From: Treponema sp.
GTDB taxonomy: Bacteria > Spirochaetota > Spirochaetia > Treponematales > Treponemataceae
Length of the DNA stretch: 64,000 nucleotides
Direction: 5' to 3'
NCBI GenBank assembly: GCA_017961705.1
Contig: JAGCWT010000113.1
Coordinates: forward strand, 8,681 to 72,680
The notes beneath the pieces were generated by a model, which saw only the letters and a list, made by a program, of their open reading frames with translations, was not told where the DNA came from and ran no database searches. Of the stretch, positions 1-8,259 are shown one piece after another. The position numbers and the translations under genes were made by a program. Numbering within the stretch: the first letter of the stretch is position 1; each line of letters starts with the position of its first letter.

Positions 1-3000
1 GGTCATTTTTCCAGATCCAGATATGTATACGCCTCCACCTTGTGCACAGCCAGTATCTCCTGAAGGGGACTTAGCAGAGTTTGCTTCTATTGAACCGCCG
101 TCCATATTTACTATGCCGCCTACATATATATAAAGTCCGCCACCGGCAGCAGATATTGTACTTGTTTGAGCAGAGTTACTTTTTATCTTGCCTGTTCCTC
201 CAAAATTAAGAGTTCCTTGTTTAATATAAATACCGCCACCGCCAATATAATCTATGGAAGAGGATTCTACCTTATTAAATTCAACGGAGCCTGCGTTAAA
301 GGTTATTGAACTGTCTTCACTAAAAATGCCGCCTCCGTAGGCAGATGCAGTGTTGCGTTCAATTGTACAGCCGCTTATTGTGCAAGTTGCCTGTTTTAGA
401 TTTGGCAATGCATCTGTTCCAAAATTAAATGCGCCAACATATACACCGCCACCGTAACTTGCGGTGTTTCCGTTGATATCGCCTATTGTTCCGCCGGAAA
501 GTACAAGGTTAAGGCCTCGGTTTGCAATTCCGCCGCCAAAAGTTGCTTCGTTTCCACTGATGCTGCCGCCAGACATTGTAAATGTTCCGGTTGAAGTGGT
601 TGACGTTGGCTCAAGCGCAACACCGCCACCATATCCGTATCCGTCTTCAAAATCAGCAATTACCTCATTCTGCGAGATTGTTCCGCTTTCCATAGTCATA
701 GAACCTCTGCATAAGATACCGCCACCATGTGGTATTTTTCCTGAGGTAGAGGATTTAGCTGTATTTAGTATAATCTTGCTGTCATCACCGGACAGTGTTA
801 GCGAACCTCCGTCATTTACAAAAATGCCGCCGCCACCAAATGTACCTAGGACTGTAGATTCGGCACTATTGCTTTGTATTGTAGAATCCGTTATTTGGGC
901 ATTACAGCTGCCACCTATGAAAATTCCTCCGCCAAGAGTTGCCTTGTTGCCGCTTACGGTTGTATTCTCCAAAGTTAGGCTGGAACTATTTTGGCTGTAA
1001 ATACCACCGCCAAAACCTTGGTTGCCTAAGTCTATATACTTTGCCTCACATCCGCTTACCGTACAATTTTTGAGCGTCAAAGTTCCTGCGTTGTAAATAC
1101 CACCGCCGTCTCCTCCGGTGTTGGTGCAGCTTGTTACCTTAACATGCTCTGCTTCTACTTCTGTTCCGCTTGCAATTGTTATTGGTCCAACGAAAGTTGA
1201 GCTTGCACCTAAGCCGTAAAATTCCAAGTTCCTAACTGTTGCATTACAGCTGAATTTTATGTTATATCCGTCACCATTTATTGTCTCTGTTGAAGTTGAA
1301 GTTGCTGCTACATTTCCTGCAAGTGTAAGATCTGGCAAACCTGTAATTTCAATGTTACGCGTTAATGTGATAGTGTCTTTTACATAGATGCTGTATTCTC
1401 CATTGTCAATTGCATAGCGCTCTGCTGCAACTTCCAAGGACTTTTCTAATGTTGCATAGGGGTTCGAATTTGAGCCATCACCTGTTTCATCACTTGCACC
1501 AGTACCGCCAACATAGATTATAAATCTTGCTGCGCTGTTCATTATTACTTTGCCAGAGGCAGCAACAAATTCAAGTGAATAGTCAGAGCCGTCTGGTGTG
1601 GTAAAGCAGGCTGCTTGTGTGGCCGTAGCGGAGCTTATAACGGTATCGCCAAAGGTAAATCCTAGTGTTAAAGTATACAGTTCTATAGCAATGGTATCTG
1701 CAGAAGAAAAGTCTGAGCCTAATTCCAAAGGATGTGCATTTGACTGCAAATAAATAGAACCGTCTATTGATGTTTCACCGCCAAGGGTTAAACTTCCTGC
1801 TGCAGAATTATAAATACTGCTGCCACTTACAGCTGCGGTGCAACTAGAAATTTCACAAGCGGTAAGAGAAACTGTTCCTGCATTATAAATACCGCCACCA
1901 AATCCATAGGAGCCAGTGGCGCTACAGTTTTTAATAACAAGTCCCTGTTCAGAAACAAGCTCTGCTCCGCTTCCAACATAAAAACCACCGCCAACACTAG
2001 CTGTACCGTTTTCTACCGTAGAATCATTTATTGTAAGTTTGGAACTTGAAAGATTAACATTAATTCCCCCCAGCCCGCTAAAATTCAAATTGGAAACTTC
2101 TGCCTCGCCGCTAATGGTAAGGGAATCGTGGCTAGAGCCGCCGCTAACTGTTACCGCAGAAGAACCCTCACTTGTGATGGAGGCCTTTTTGCCGGAGTTC
2201 AAGGTGGCTGAACCGCCAAGCGAAATGTTGTCTCTTACTAGTATTTCAAATTCGGTGGTTGCCGCTGCTGATGAATTGTTTACAAGGTTAACTGCCTGTT
2301 TTAAAGTTTTTACCGGACTAAAATAAGAGCCAGTACCGGAATCCGAGCCGGAAGAGCTTACGTAGATTGTTACAAGTTCTGCACTTGCTAAAAGAGAGCC
2401 TGTTATTTCTATGTGCCCGCTAGATACATATGATGCGTCTTCAAAAGTGTCTGTAGTTAAATTTGAATATATGTTTACAACTTCGTTTATGCGGTAAAGA
2501 ATTGTTCCAGAACAGTCCGTCCCAGAATAGAAAAGAAATTCAACTTTGTAGGAACCCGGATTTACGTTTGACTGTGACCATAGCCAGTCACTTGTTGTGT
2601 TTGATGTTGCTGTAGAAATTCCGCTGGTTAAAGGATTTACCTTTATGCTCTGAATGTTTGTGCTAGAGGCGCAAGAGAGGGTAAGGCCAATGCTTCCCTT
2701 TCCCGTGGAAGACGAACTAGCATAGTTCAAAACAAGGGGATCGCCTAGAGAGACAGAAGGTGAATCGCCTGTAAGGGGTATGCTAACAGCGTTCTTGGTT
2801 GCAAGCACCTTTTTACCCGATGAATCCTCGGCAGAAGCGGTTAATGCCCATGTACCGCTTGTTAGGCTAATTGTAAAAGTTATTGTGTCGCCTGCAACAG
2901 TAATGCTTCCGCCAGAAGATGCCTCTGAACTGCTAAATTCTATTACAGAAGAACCCGATGTTGCCTTTATTTTGTAAACAAGAGATGTGGGTGCAGTGGG

Positions 3001-3222
3001 AAAAGCCGTGCGCCCAGAAGAATTGCCTTTAAAAGCGGAAGGTGTTGCACCGGAAAATTTGATGGATCCAGACAAAAGAACACTTCTTTCCGAATTTGCA
3101 GAAAAAGCAGCGCCTCTTTCTTCCGGGGCAGAATCTGGCACAGAAAAAGAACACCCTGCAAGTAAAACTGTAGCAGCAAGAGGAAGTAAAAATGTCTTTA
3201 TAAAATTACAGCGCACTTTCAT
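1..3222 (-). CDS. Large surface lipoprotein with polymorphic-membrane-protein-like/beta-helix repeats (3' end runs off the window, >1074 aa)
   Basis: Not in the ORF track because it is open at the left edge. Manual translation from ATG 3222 gives MKVRCNFIKTFLLPLAATVLLAGC (lipobox), then GRTAFPT, IYVSSSGSDSGTGSYFSPVKTLKQAVNLV and many GGGIY/GGAI-type repeats. Paralogous to 8260..11520. Confidence 0.85.
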   Translation of the reverse strand, partial: MKVRCNFIKTFLLPLAATVLLAGCSFSVPDSAPEERGAAFSANSERSVLLSGSIKFSGATPSAFKGNSSGRTAFPTAPTSLVYKIKATSGSSVIEFSSSEASSGGSITVAGDTITFTISLTSGTWALTASAEDSSGKKVLATKNAVSIPLTGDSPSVSLGDPLVLNYASSSSTGKGSIGLTLSCASSTNIQSIKVNPLTSGISTATSNTTSDWLWSQSNVNPGSYKVEFLFYSGTDCSGTILYRINEVVNIYSNLTTDTFEDASYVSSGHIEITGSLLASAELVTIYVSSSGSDSGTGSYFSPVKTLKQAVNLVNNSSAAATTEFEILVRDNISLGGSATLNSGKKASITSEGSSAVTVSGGSSHDSLTISGEAEVSNLNFSGLGGINVNLSSSKLTINDSTVENGTASVGGGFYVGSGAELVSEQGLVIKNCSATGSYGFGGGIYNAGTVSLTACEISSCTAAVSGSSIYNSAAGSLTLGGETSIDGSIYLQSNAHPLELGSDFSSADTIAIELYTLTLGFTFGDTVISSATATQAACFTTPDGSDYSLEFVAASGKVIMNSAARFIIYVGGTGASDETGDGSNSNPYATLEKSLEVAAERYAIDNGEYSIYVKDTITLTRNIEITGLPDLTLAGNVAATSTSTETINGDGYNIKFSCNATVRNLEFYGLGASSTFVGPITIASGTEVEAEHVKVTSCTNTGGDGGGIYNAGTLTLKNCTVSGCEAKYIDLGNQGFGGGIYSQNSSSLTLENTTVSGNKATLGGGIFIGGSCNAQITDSTIQSNSAESTVLGTFGGGGIFVNDGGSLTLSGDDSKIILNTAKSSTSGKIPHGGGILCRGSMTMESGTISQNEVIADFEDGYGYGGGVALEPTSTTSTGTFTMSGGSISGNEATFGGGIANRGLNLVLSGGTIGDINGNTASYGGGVYVGAFNFGTDALPNLKQATCTISGCTIERNTASAYGGGIFSEDSSITFNAGSVEFNKVESSSIDYIGGGGIYIKQGTLNFGGTGKIKSNSAQTSTISAAGGGLYIYVGGIVNMDGGSIEANSAKSPSGDTGCAQGGGVYISGSGKMT

Positions 3223-3294
3223 CCCTTTTCAATACTAATTATAGCATTTTTTAAGGTTTTTGACTACATAAAATGATATAGCTCCCCCACAATT

Positions 3295-3354
3295 TGAGAA
3301 CCGTTTTCATATTGACAAAAAATTGTTTTTGGTGTAATTTGATAATCGTTCTCA
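3295..3354 (+). promoter_or_regulatory. Sigma70-type promoter flanked by two Fur-box-like operators
   Basis: TGAGAACCGTTTTCA (3295-3309) and TGATAATCGTTCTCA (3340-3354) are imperfect 7-1-7 inverted repeats resembling TGATAATnATTATCA; TTGACA at 3312-3317 lies between them. Confidence 0.65.
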
Positions 3355-3366
3355 AATTGACGGCCT

Positions 3367-3801
3367 ATGAAAGCGGAATACAAGACAAGGCAGCAGGAAT
3401 TATTGACCTCTTACCTAAAGCAGATGCAGGGAAAGCATTTTACTGCGGAAGAAATTTGTTCACATTTTGAATCAAAGGATATAAGGGTAAGTCCGGCTAC
3501 TGTTTACCGCTATCTTGAAAAGATGGTTAGGGAAGGGGACGTCCTTAAGATTTTTATTGATGAACATTCGGCATCTTGTTTTGAATATGTTGGGGACAAG
3601 GGCTGTAAGGAAAAGAGCGGGCACTTTCATCTTAAATGCGAGGAATGTGGCACTTTGATTCATTTGGACAGTTCTGAACTTTATGATATGCAGAACTTTC
3701 TTGCTAAGAAGAAAGGCTTTAAGATTGATGCGCCAAGAACGGTTTTTTACGGGATTTGCGAAAAATGCAGCAGCAGGAGGGAAGGCAAAAATGAAGAATA
3801 G
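3367..3801 (+). CDS. Fur-family metalloregulator (Zur-like by context)
   Basis: HFTAEE, SPATVYRYL helix, HFHLKCEECG and C-terminal GICEKC motifs; precedes zinc-uptake genes. Confidence 0.9.
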   Translation: MKAEYKTRQQELLTSYLKQMQGKHFTAEEICSHFESKDIRVSPATVYRYLEKMVREGDVLKIFIDEHSASCFEYVGDKGCKEKSGHFHLKCEECGTLIHLDSSELYDMQNFLAKKKGFKIDAPRTVFYGICEKCSSRREGKNEE

Positions 3802-4099
3802 TCTTTGCAAAAAGATTGCCGTTTTTAAGCTTTGCATTTTTATGCTTGCCCTTTTGTCTTTTGCATTTCTTTTGGGGTCAGAGTTTATTCATGCTGGCCA
3901 CGAATGCTCTGGAGATGGCTGTCCTGTTTGCCTTTTGCTGAATACGGCACAAAGGACTTTGCGTTCAATAGAAAATCATCCAGACACACACTTGCTTTTG
4001 CATTTTCTGTTTGCTTTTTTGGCACTTGCATTTTTCTTTTCTAATTCAAATATACAAAAAGAAACCCCTGTTTCCAAAAAAATCCGCAAGAACAACTGA
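3791..4099 (+). CDS. Small two-hydrophobic-segment protein with HxxHECxGxxCPVC metal-binding motif (102 aa)
   Basis: ATG 3791 overlaps the fur 3' end; MKNSL...HAGHECSGDGCPVC...ETPVSKKIRKNN. Confidence 0.7.
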   Translation: MKNSLCKKIAVFKLCIFMLALLSFAFLLGSEFIHAGHECSGDGCPVCLLLNTAQRTLRSIENHPDTHLLLHFLFAFLALAFFFSNSNIQKETPVSKKIRKNN

Positions 4100-4119
4100 C
4101 AATTTTTTCTTTGCAAAAT

Positions 4120-4326
4120 TTTCATGGCAGCGGAGGGGCTTTGGTTTTTACAAAAAGAGCCTACCCCCGATTGGAAGGGTGGTTGGTTAAAAATTGCATC
4201 CATGCAATTTTTAACCATGAGTTTTCTGCGAAAACTCACCTGGTTTTTATGCTAACAAATGACGCACCATCCATGGTGCTGTTTGTTTAGCATTTGCGGG
4301 CCCCGCGTAGCCCTGGAAAGCGGGTT
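4120..4326 (+). repeat. Modular palindromic (REP-like) element, TCCATG-core family
   Basis: Shares modules GAGCCTAnCCCCGATTGGAAGGG, AAAAATTGCnTCCATGCAATTTTT, CAAATGACGCnCCnTCCATGG and CCCTGGAAAGCGGG with the reverse complement of 62830-63111. Confidence 0.8.
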
Positions 4327-4391
4327 AGCAATTTAATGCTGGTCCGAATAAAGAAATAGAATTTTAATACACAGATTTTATGGAGAAAAAA

Positions 4392-5429
4392 ATGAAAAAG
4401 ATTTTTACAGCAGTATTTGCTTCTATAATTTTACTTGCCGGAATTGGCACGATGGCAATTGCAAAAACAAACTCAAAGGCAAATTCAAAGAATGGTTCAA
4501 AGATAAAGGTTGTGGCAACAATTTTTCCTGCTTATGACTGGGCAAAAGAGGTTATTGGCAAGAACGATGTAGATTTGACCATGCTTCTTTCTAAGGGCGT
4601 GGATTTGCATAGCTACCAGCCAACAGTTCAGGATATTGTAAAGATTTCCGAAAGCGATGTTTTTATTTACGTTGGCGGAGAAAGCGACGGTTGGGTTAAG
4701 GATGCGCTTAAGAATGTACGCAACAAGAACATTCAGGTTGTTAACATGATGGAAGTCATGGGTGACAGGGCAAAGGCAGAAGAAGTAAAAGAAGGCATGG
4801 AAGCTGAACATGAGCACGAGCATGAGCATGAACACGAAGCTGACCATCACGATGCCCACGACCACGATCACGATGATGATGAGGAAGAAGAGGAACTTGA
4901 TGAACACGTTTGGCTTTCTTTGCGCAACGCCCAGCTTTTAACATCTGCAATCAGCGTGGCTTTGCAGAAAGCGGATGCAAAAAATGCCGCAAGCTACAAG
5001 GCAAATTGCTTGGCTTACAACAAACAGCTTGCCGCTTTGGATGCCCAGTACGAGAGCGCAATAAAGGCTGCTTCCAAGAAGACTCTTGTGTTTGCAGACC
5101 GCTTCCCCTTCCGCTACCTTACCGACGACTACGGACTTGATTACTTTGCAGCTTTTGTTGGATGTTCTGCAGAAACAGAGGCAAGCTTTAAAACCGTAAT
5201 GTTCCTTGCAAACAAGAGCGACCAGCTTGGCGTGAACAATCTTCTTGTAATTGAAAACTCTGACCAGAAGATTGCAAAGACGGTAAACAAAAATTCTAAG
5301 AACAAGAACCGCGGTATTCTTGTTATTGATTCAATGCAGGCAACAGATGCAAAGGCTGTTAAGGGTGGTGCAACATACCTTAAGGCTATGCAGTCAAACC
5401 TGGAAGTTTTAAAGAAGGCTCTTAACTAG
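4392..5429 (+). CDS. znuA: Zinc ABC transporter substrate-binding protein (ZnuA/AdcA-like, cluster A-I) with His/acid-rich loop
   Basis: VVATIFP, GVDLHSYQPT, HEHEHEHEHEADHHDAHDHDHDDDEEEEELDEHVWLS; GGAG RBS before ATG 4392. Confidence 0.88.
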   Translation: MKKIFTAVFASIILLAGIGTMAIAKTNSKANSKNGSKIKVVATIFPAYDWAKEVIGKNDVDLTMLLSKGVDLHSYQPTVQDIVKISESDVFIYVGGESDGWVKDALKNVRNKNIQVVNMMEVMGDRAKAEEVKEGMEAEHEHEHEHEHEADHHDAHDHDHDDDEEEEELDEHVWLSLRNAQLLTSAISVALQKADAKNAASYKANCLAYNKQLAALDAQYESAIKAASKKTLVFADRFPFRYLTDDYGLDYFAAFVGCSAETEASFKTVMFLANKSDQLGVNNLLVIENSDQKIAKTVNKNSKNKNRGILVIDSMQATDAKAVKGGATYLKAMQSNLEVLKKALN

Positions 5430-5450
5430 TATATCGAACAACAATTAACG

Positions 5451-5623
5451 GTCACCCTGAACTGCTACGCCATATTCGCACGCACTTGCTACGAATATGG
5501 TTTCAGGGTCTGTATAAGACAAACCTTTACCTTATACAGATTCCGGGTCGGGGCCCGGAATGACCAGTTATTTAAGATTCCCGGGTCTTTCGCAACGAAG
5601 TTTCCAGCGAGCCCGGGAATGAC
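5451..5623. repeat. GTCA...AGAT...TGAC palindromic repeat cluster with hairpins nested in the loops
   Basis: GTCACCCTGAAC..TTCAGGGTCT, AGATTCCGGGTCGGGGCCCGGAATGAC and AGATTCCCGGGTC..GCCCGGGAATGAC. Confidence 0.8.
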
Positions 5624-5644
5624 AATCTTTTAGGAAAAAACAAA

Positions 5645-6766
5645 ATGGCAAACATAACTCAAAAACCGGTAATCCTTTTAACAGGATATTTGGGCTCTGG
5701 CAAGACAACTGTGCTTAATGAATTTCTAAAGCAGGAAAAGCGCAGGATAGCCTTGATTGTAAACGACATGGGAAAAATAAATGTAGATTCCAGGCTTTTA
5801 AAAAACGGTGCAAAGGTTGAGCAGTCAAAGCTTGTGGAAATGCAGGGCGGCTGTATTTGCTGCACCTTGCGCGATGAATTTATTGAACAGGTTCAGCGGG
5901 TTGCAGAAGACAAGGATGTGGAAGCGGTATTTGTTGAAGCATCCGGCATTTCTGATCCATCTTCCATAGCGGGCGGCTTTTTGTATGCGGAACAGGAAAA
6001 GGAAATAACAAGCGCATACCTTAGCTCTGTTGTTACCGTTGTAGACGCAGACCGCATTTACAGGGAATTCCTTTCTGCCTTGGCACGCCGTAGCAGCGGT
6101 AAAGACGAAAACGGCTTGGACGAAACGGACATAACAAACCTTATTGTTGACCAGATTGAATTCTGCGATACAATCCTCCTGAACAAATGCGACCTTTTGG
6201 AAGCAGAAAAAGTTGAAGAAGTAAAAGGTGTAATCCGCCAGTTGCAGCCGGAAGCAGAAATAATTGAATGTGTGAACGGCAAGGTGGACTCTAGCCTTGT
6301 TCTTAAGGGCCAGCACTTTGACTTTGAAAAGGTAAGGGATTCTTCTGCGGTTGAGCGCACGCTTAATCAGGAAGGAAACGAAAGCTGCACCGATGAATAC
6401 GGAATCTCAAGCTTTGTTTACGAAGAGCGCCGCCCCTTTGACCGCGAAAAATTCTTTGCCTTTATGGAAAAGAACTATCCCCAGGAACTTATCCGCGCAA
6501 AGGGCTACATGTGGTTCAGCGACAACGACAAGGAAGTGATATTGTTTGAGCAGGCCGGACACAATGCCACTGTAACAGGATATGCCGTCTGGATTGCCGC
6601 CATGCAGGACGGTGAAGGCAAAAAAGAGCTAATGGAAAACTACGACGACGAATATTTTTCCTGGGACGAAAAATACGGCGACCGCATGAACCAGATTGTC
6701 TTTATTGGCAAGGGTTACAACGAAAGCCAAATCCGTAAGCAGCTGAACGAATGCCTTGCGGCGTAA
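5645..6766 (+). CDS. COG0523/CobW-family G3E GTPase, putative zinc metallochaperone
   Basis: GYLGSGKTT Walker A, GCICC, EASG, NKCD, and CobW_C-like C-terminus (RAKG...IVFIG). Confidence 0.92.
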   Translation: MANITQKPVILLTGYLGSGKTTVLNEFLKQEKRRIALIVNDMGKINVDSRLLKNGAKVEQSKLVEMQGGCICCTLRDEFIEQVQRVAEDKDVEAVFVEASGISDPSSIAGGFLYAEQEKEITSAYLSSVVTVVDADRIYREFLSALARRSSGKDENGLDETDITNLIVDQIEFCDTILLNKCDLLEAEKVEEVKGVIRQLQPEAEIIECVNGKVDSSLVLKGQHFDFEKVRDSSAVERTLNQEGNESCTDEYGISSFVYEERRPFDREKFFAFMEKNYPQELIRAKGYMWFSDNDKEVILFEQAGHNATVTGYAVWIAAMQDGEGKKELMENYDDEYFSWDEKYGDRMNQIVFIGKGYNESQIRKQLNECLAA

Positions 6767-6795
6767 GCAGTAAGTTTTTAGGCCGGGACTTTTTA

Positions 6796-6936
6796 GGACG
6801 AAAATTTTCTTTGCTCTACCATTCTGTTCTTGGCTAACTCGACTGTTAATGCCTATGCGTCACCGCCGTTTCGCCCTTCGCTATCCGCTCATACCGGCCT
6901 GCGGCCGGTACTGCCGGGGCTCCATGGCGGCGTAGG
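6796..6936 (-). repeat. ~140-155-bp structured repeat, type-2 core
   Basis: Reverse complement CTACGCCGCCATGGAGCCCCGGCAGTACCGGCC..GGCCGGTATGAGCGGATAGCGAAGGGCG..GGCGGTGACGCA..GTCGAGTTAGCCAAG..ATGGTAGAGC matches 54618-54760. Confidence 0.85.
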
Positions 6937-7006
6937 CTGGGGCGGGATATTTGAATGCTGGAAAGAGGGGGATGTTATTTAGGTAGGGCTTTAGTATAAA
7001 AAGCAA

Positions 7007-7044
7007 ACTCAAAGATTGCCGGTTTACCTTGGCAATCTTTGAGT
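7007..7044 (-). terminator. Intrinsic terminator of the lipoprotein operon
   Basis: Perfect 14-bp stem ACTCAAAGATTGCC/GGCAATCTTTGAGT, 10-nt loop, T-rich tail on the minus strand. Confidence 0.7.
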
Positions 7045-7089
7045 AATTAATGGGTTTGTGGTTTAATGCTATTATATAACCGAAACTTC

Positions 7090-8232
7090 TTAAAAATCTT
7101 TTTCCCAAGTAGGGTCTACTTTTTCACAAATATTTTTTTCTTCGTAGGGGTTGGAATTTTTTTCAAAAAACTTGCAGCGGGTTATAGCAGGTTTGATGTT
7201 TATCGTCTCGCCTATGTAAAAATTGCTTTTATCATTTTTGGGAATTTTTGCAATAATTTCTGTACTGCCTAACATAAAATGTATGTAATTAAAGAATTCA
7301 AACTCTTCTATGGATTTTACTTTAGCTTCTATGTTGTTTTCGTCCCAAGAGGTTTCTTTGTAGTAAAAATCTTCTAGGCGAATTCCAAGAGTGACTTTTT
7401 TCCCTATAAATTTCTTTAAGCCTTCTTGCTGCTCTTCTGTTGGTAAAATGTTTTTTCCCGCATGTTCTACTATGATAAATGGTTCATAAGTTGAATTGGG
7501 ATTTTCTATTTTCTGAACCTCAACTTCAATAAAATTCATTCCACCTGTTGCCAAAGCGACTGTTTTATTAAAAGGATGGTTATATATGTACTGATACTCC
7601 CCTGTTTGGTAAATAGAATTATCATGTATTACTACTACAAAGCCAAAAGCTTTTCCTCCAGTATTAATAGAACCTAAATAATTATTTATTCTAGAAATTT
7701 GCTCCGAATCCTTCCATGAGTCATCGGGTGTTTCTAGGATATTAATTTCGCTTTCAGGATTACTTTCGTTTTTTGCGAAGAAAATATTTTTGCCCAAAGA
7801 TTCTTCTTGATAAACCCAAACAGACTTTCCTTCATAGTTTTTTAACTTGTCTTTGGTTGAACCGGCAATTGTTAGTGTTTTGGAAGATGTTGTTGCTATT
7901 AGATTTGTACCAGTAGAAGTTAATGTTGATTCCTCATAGGAGATATTAGGCACATCTACCCAGTTTTTTCCGTTATACCAACTTGTTGAATATTTATTTG
8001 TTAAAACAGTAAGAACACTTCTGTTTGCAGGGTGTTCAAGCAGGTATTCATAGGTTCCCATTTGCTGGACTTTTTGGTTGTAGCATACTGCAAGATATGT
8101 ACCTTTTTGCCATTTTGATTCTGGGGAATAATCTGAATCTTCTCCAGAAGAGCCGTTAGCACAGGCAAAAAACAGAAATGTTAGAAGAAGAAATACCCCC
8201 CCCCTCGATGTTTTAAGTTTACTTTTAATCAT
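7090..8232 (-). CDS. Lipoprotein composed of duplicated MalK/MsmX C-terminal (TOBE/OB regulatory)-like segments, no ATPase domain
   Basis: Lipobox FFAC; VQQMGTYEYLLEHPANRSV and IYQTGEYQYIYNHPFNKTV...GMNFI...FIGKKVTLGIRLED...IEAKV...GETINI...FFE. Confidence 0.7.
   Translation of the reverse strand: MIKSKLKTSRGGVFLLLTFLFFACANGSSGEDSDYSPESKWQKGTYLAVCYNQKVQQMGTYEYLLEHPANRSVLTVLTNKYSTSWYNGKNWVDVPNISYEESTLTSTGTNLIATTSSKTLTIAGSTKDKLKNYEGKSVWVYQEESLGKNIFFAKNESNPESEINILETPDDSWKDSEQISRINNYLGSINTGGKAFGFVVVIHDNSIYQTGEYQYIYNHPFNKTVALATGGMNFIEVEVQKIENPNSTYEPFIIVEHAGKNILPTEEQQEGLKKFIGKKVTLGIRLEDFYYKETSWDENNIEAKVKSIEEFEFFNYIHFMLGSTEIIAKIPKNDKSNFYIGETINIKPAITRCKFFEKNSNPYEEKNICEKVDPTWEKDF
8196..8204 (-). repeat. 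G9 homopolymer in the signal-peptide coding region (possible phase-variation tract)
   Basis: C9 on the plus strand within an AT-rich gene; encodes R-G-G-V at codons 10-13. Confidence 0.6.
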
Positions 8233-8259
8233 GTTTTGCTCCTTTTTTGGATTATATGG

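Noticed and set aside
464-3238. Plus-strand ORFs in the track (464-1000, 2039-2326, 2780-2977, 2987-3238)
   Set aside because: Antisense shadows of the large minus-strand lipoprotein; Pro-rich text mirrors its Gly codons.
4807-4897. CATGAG/CACGAG tandem repeat
   Set aside because: It encodes the normal His/Glu-rich loop of ZnuA-type proteins.
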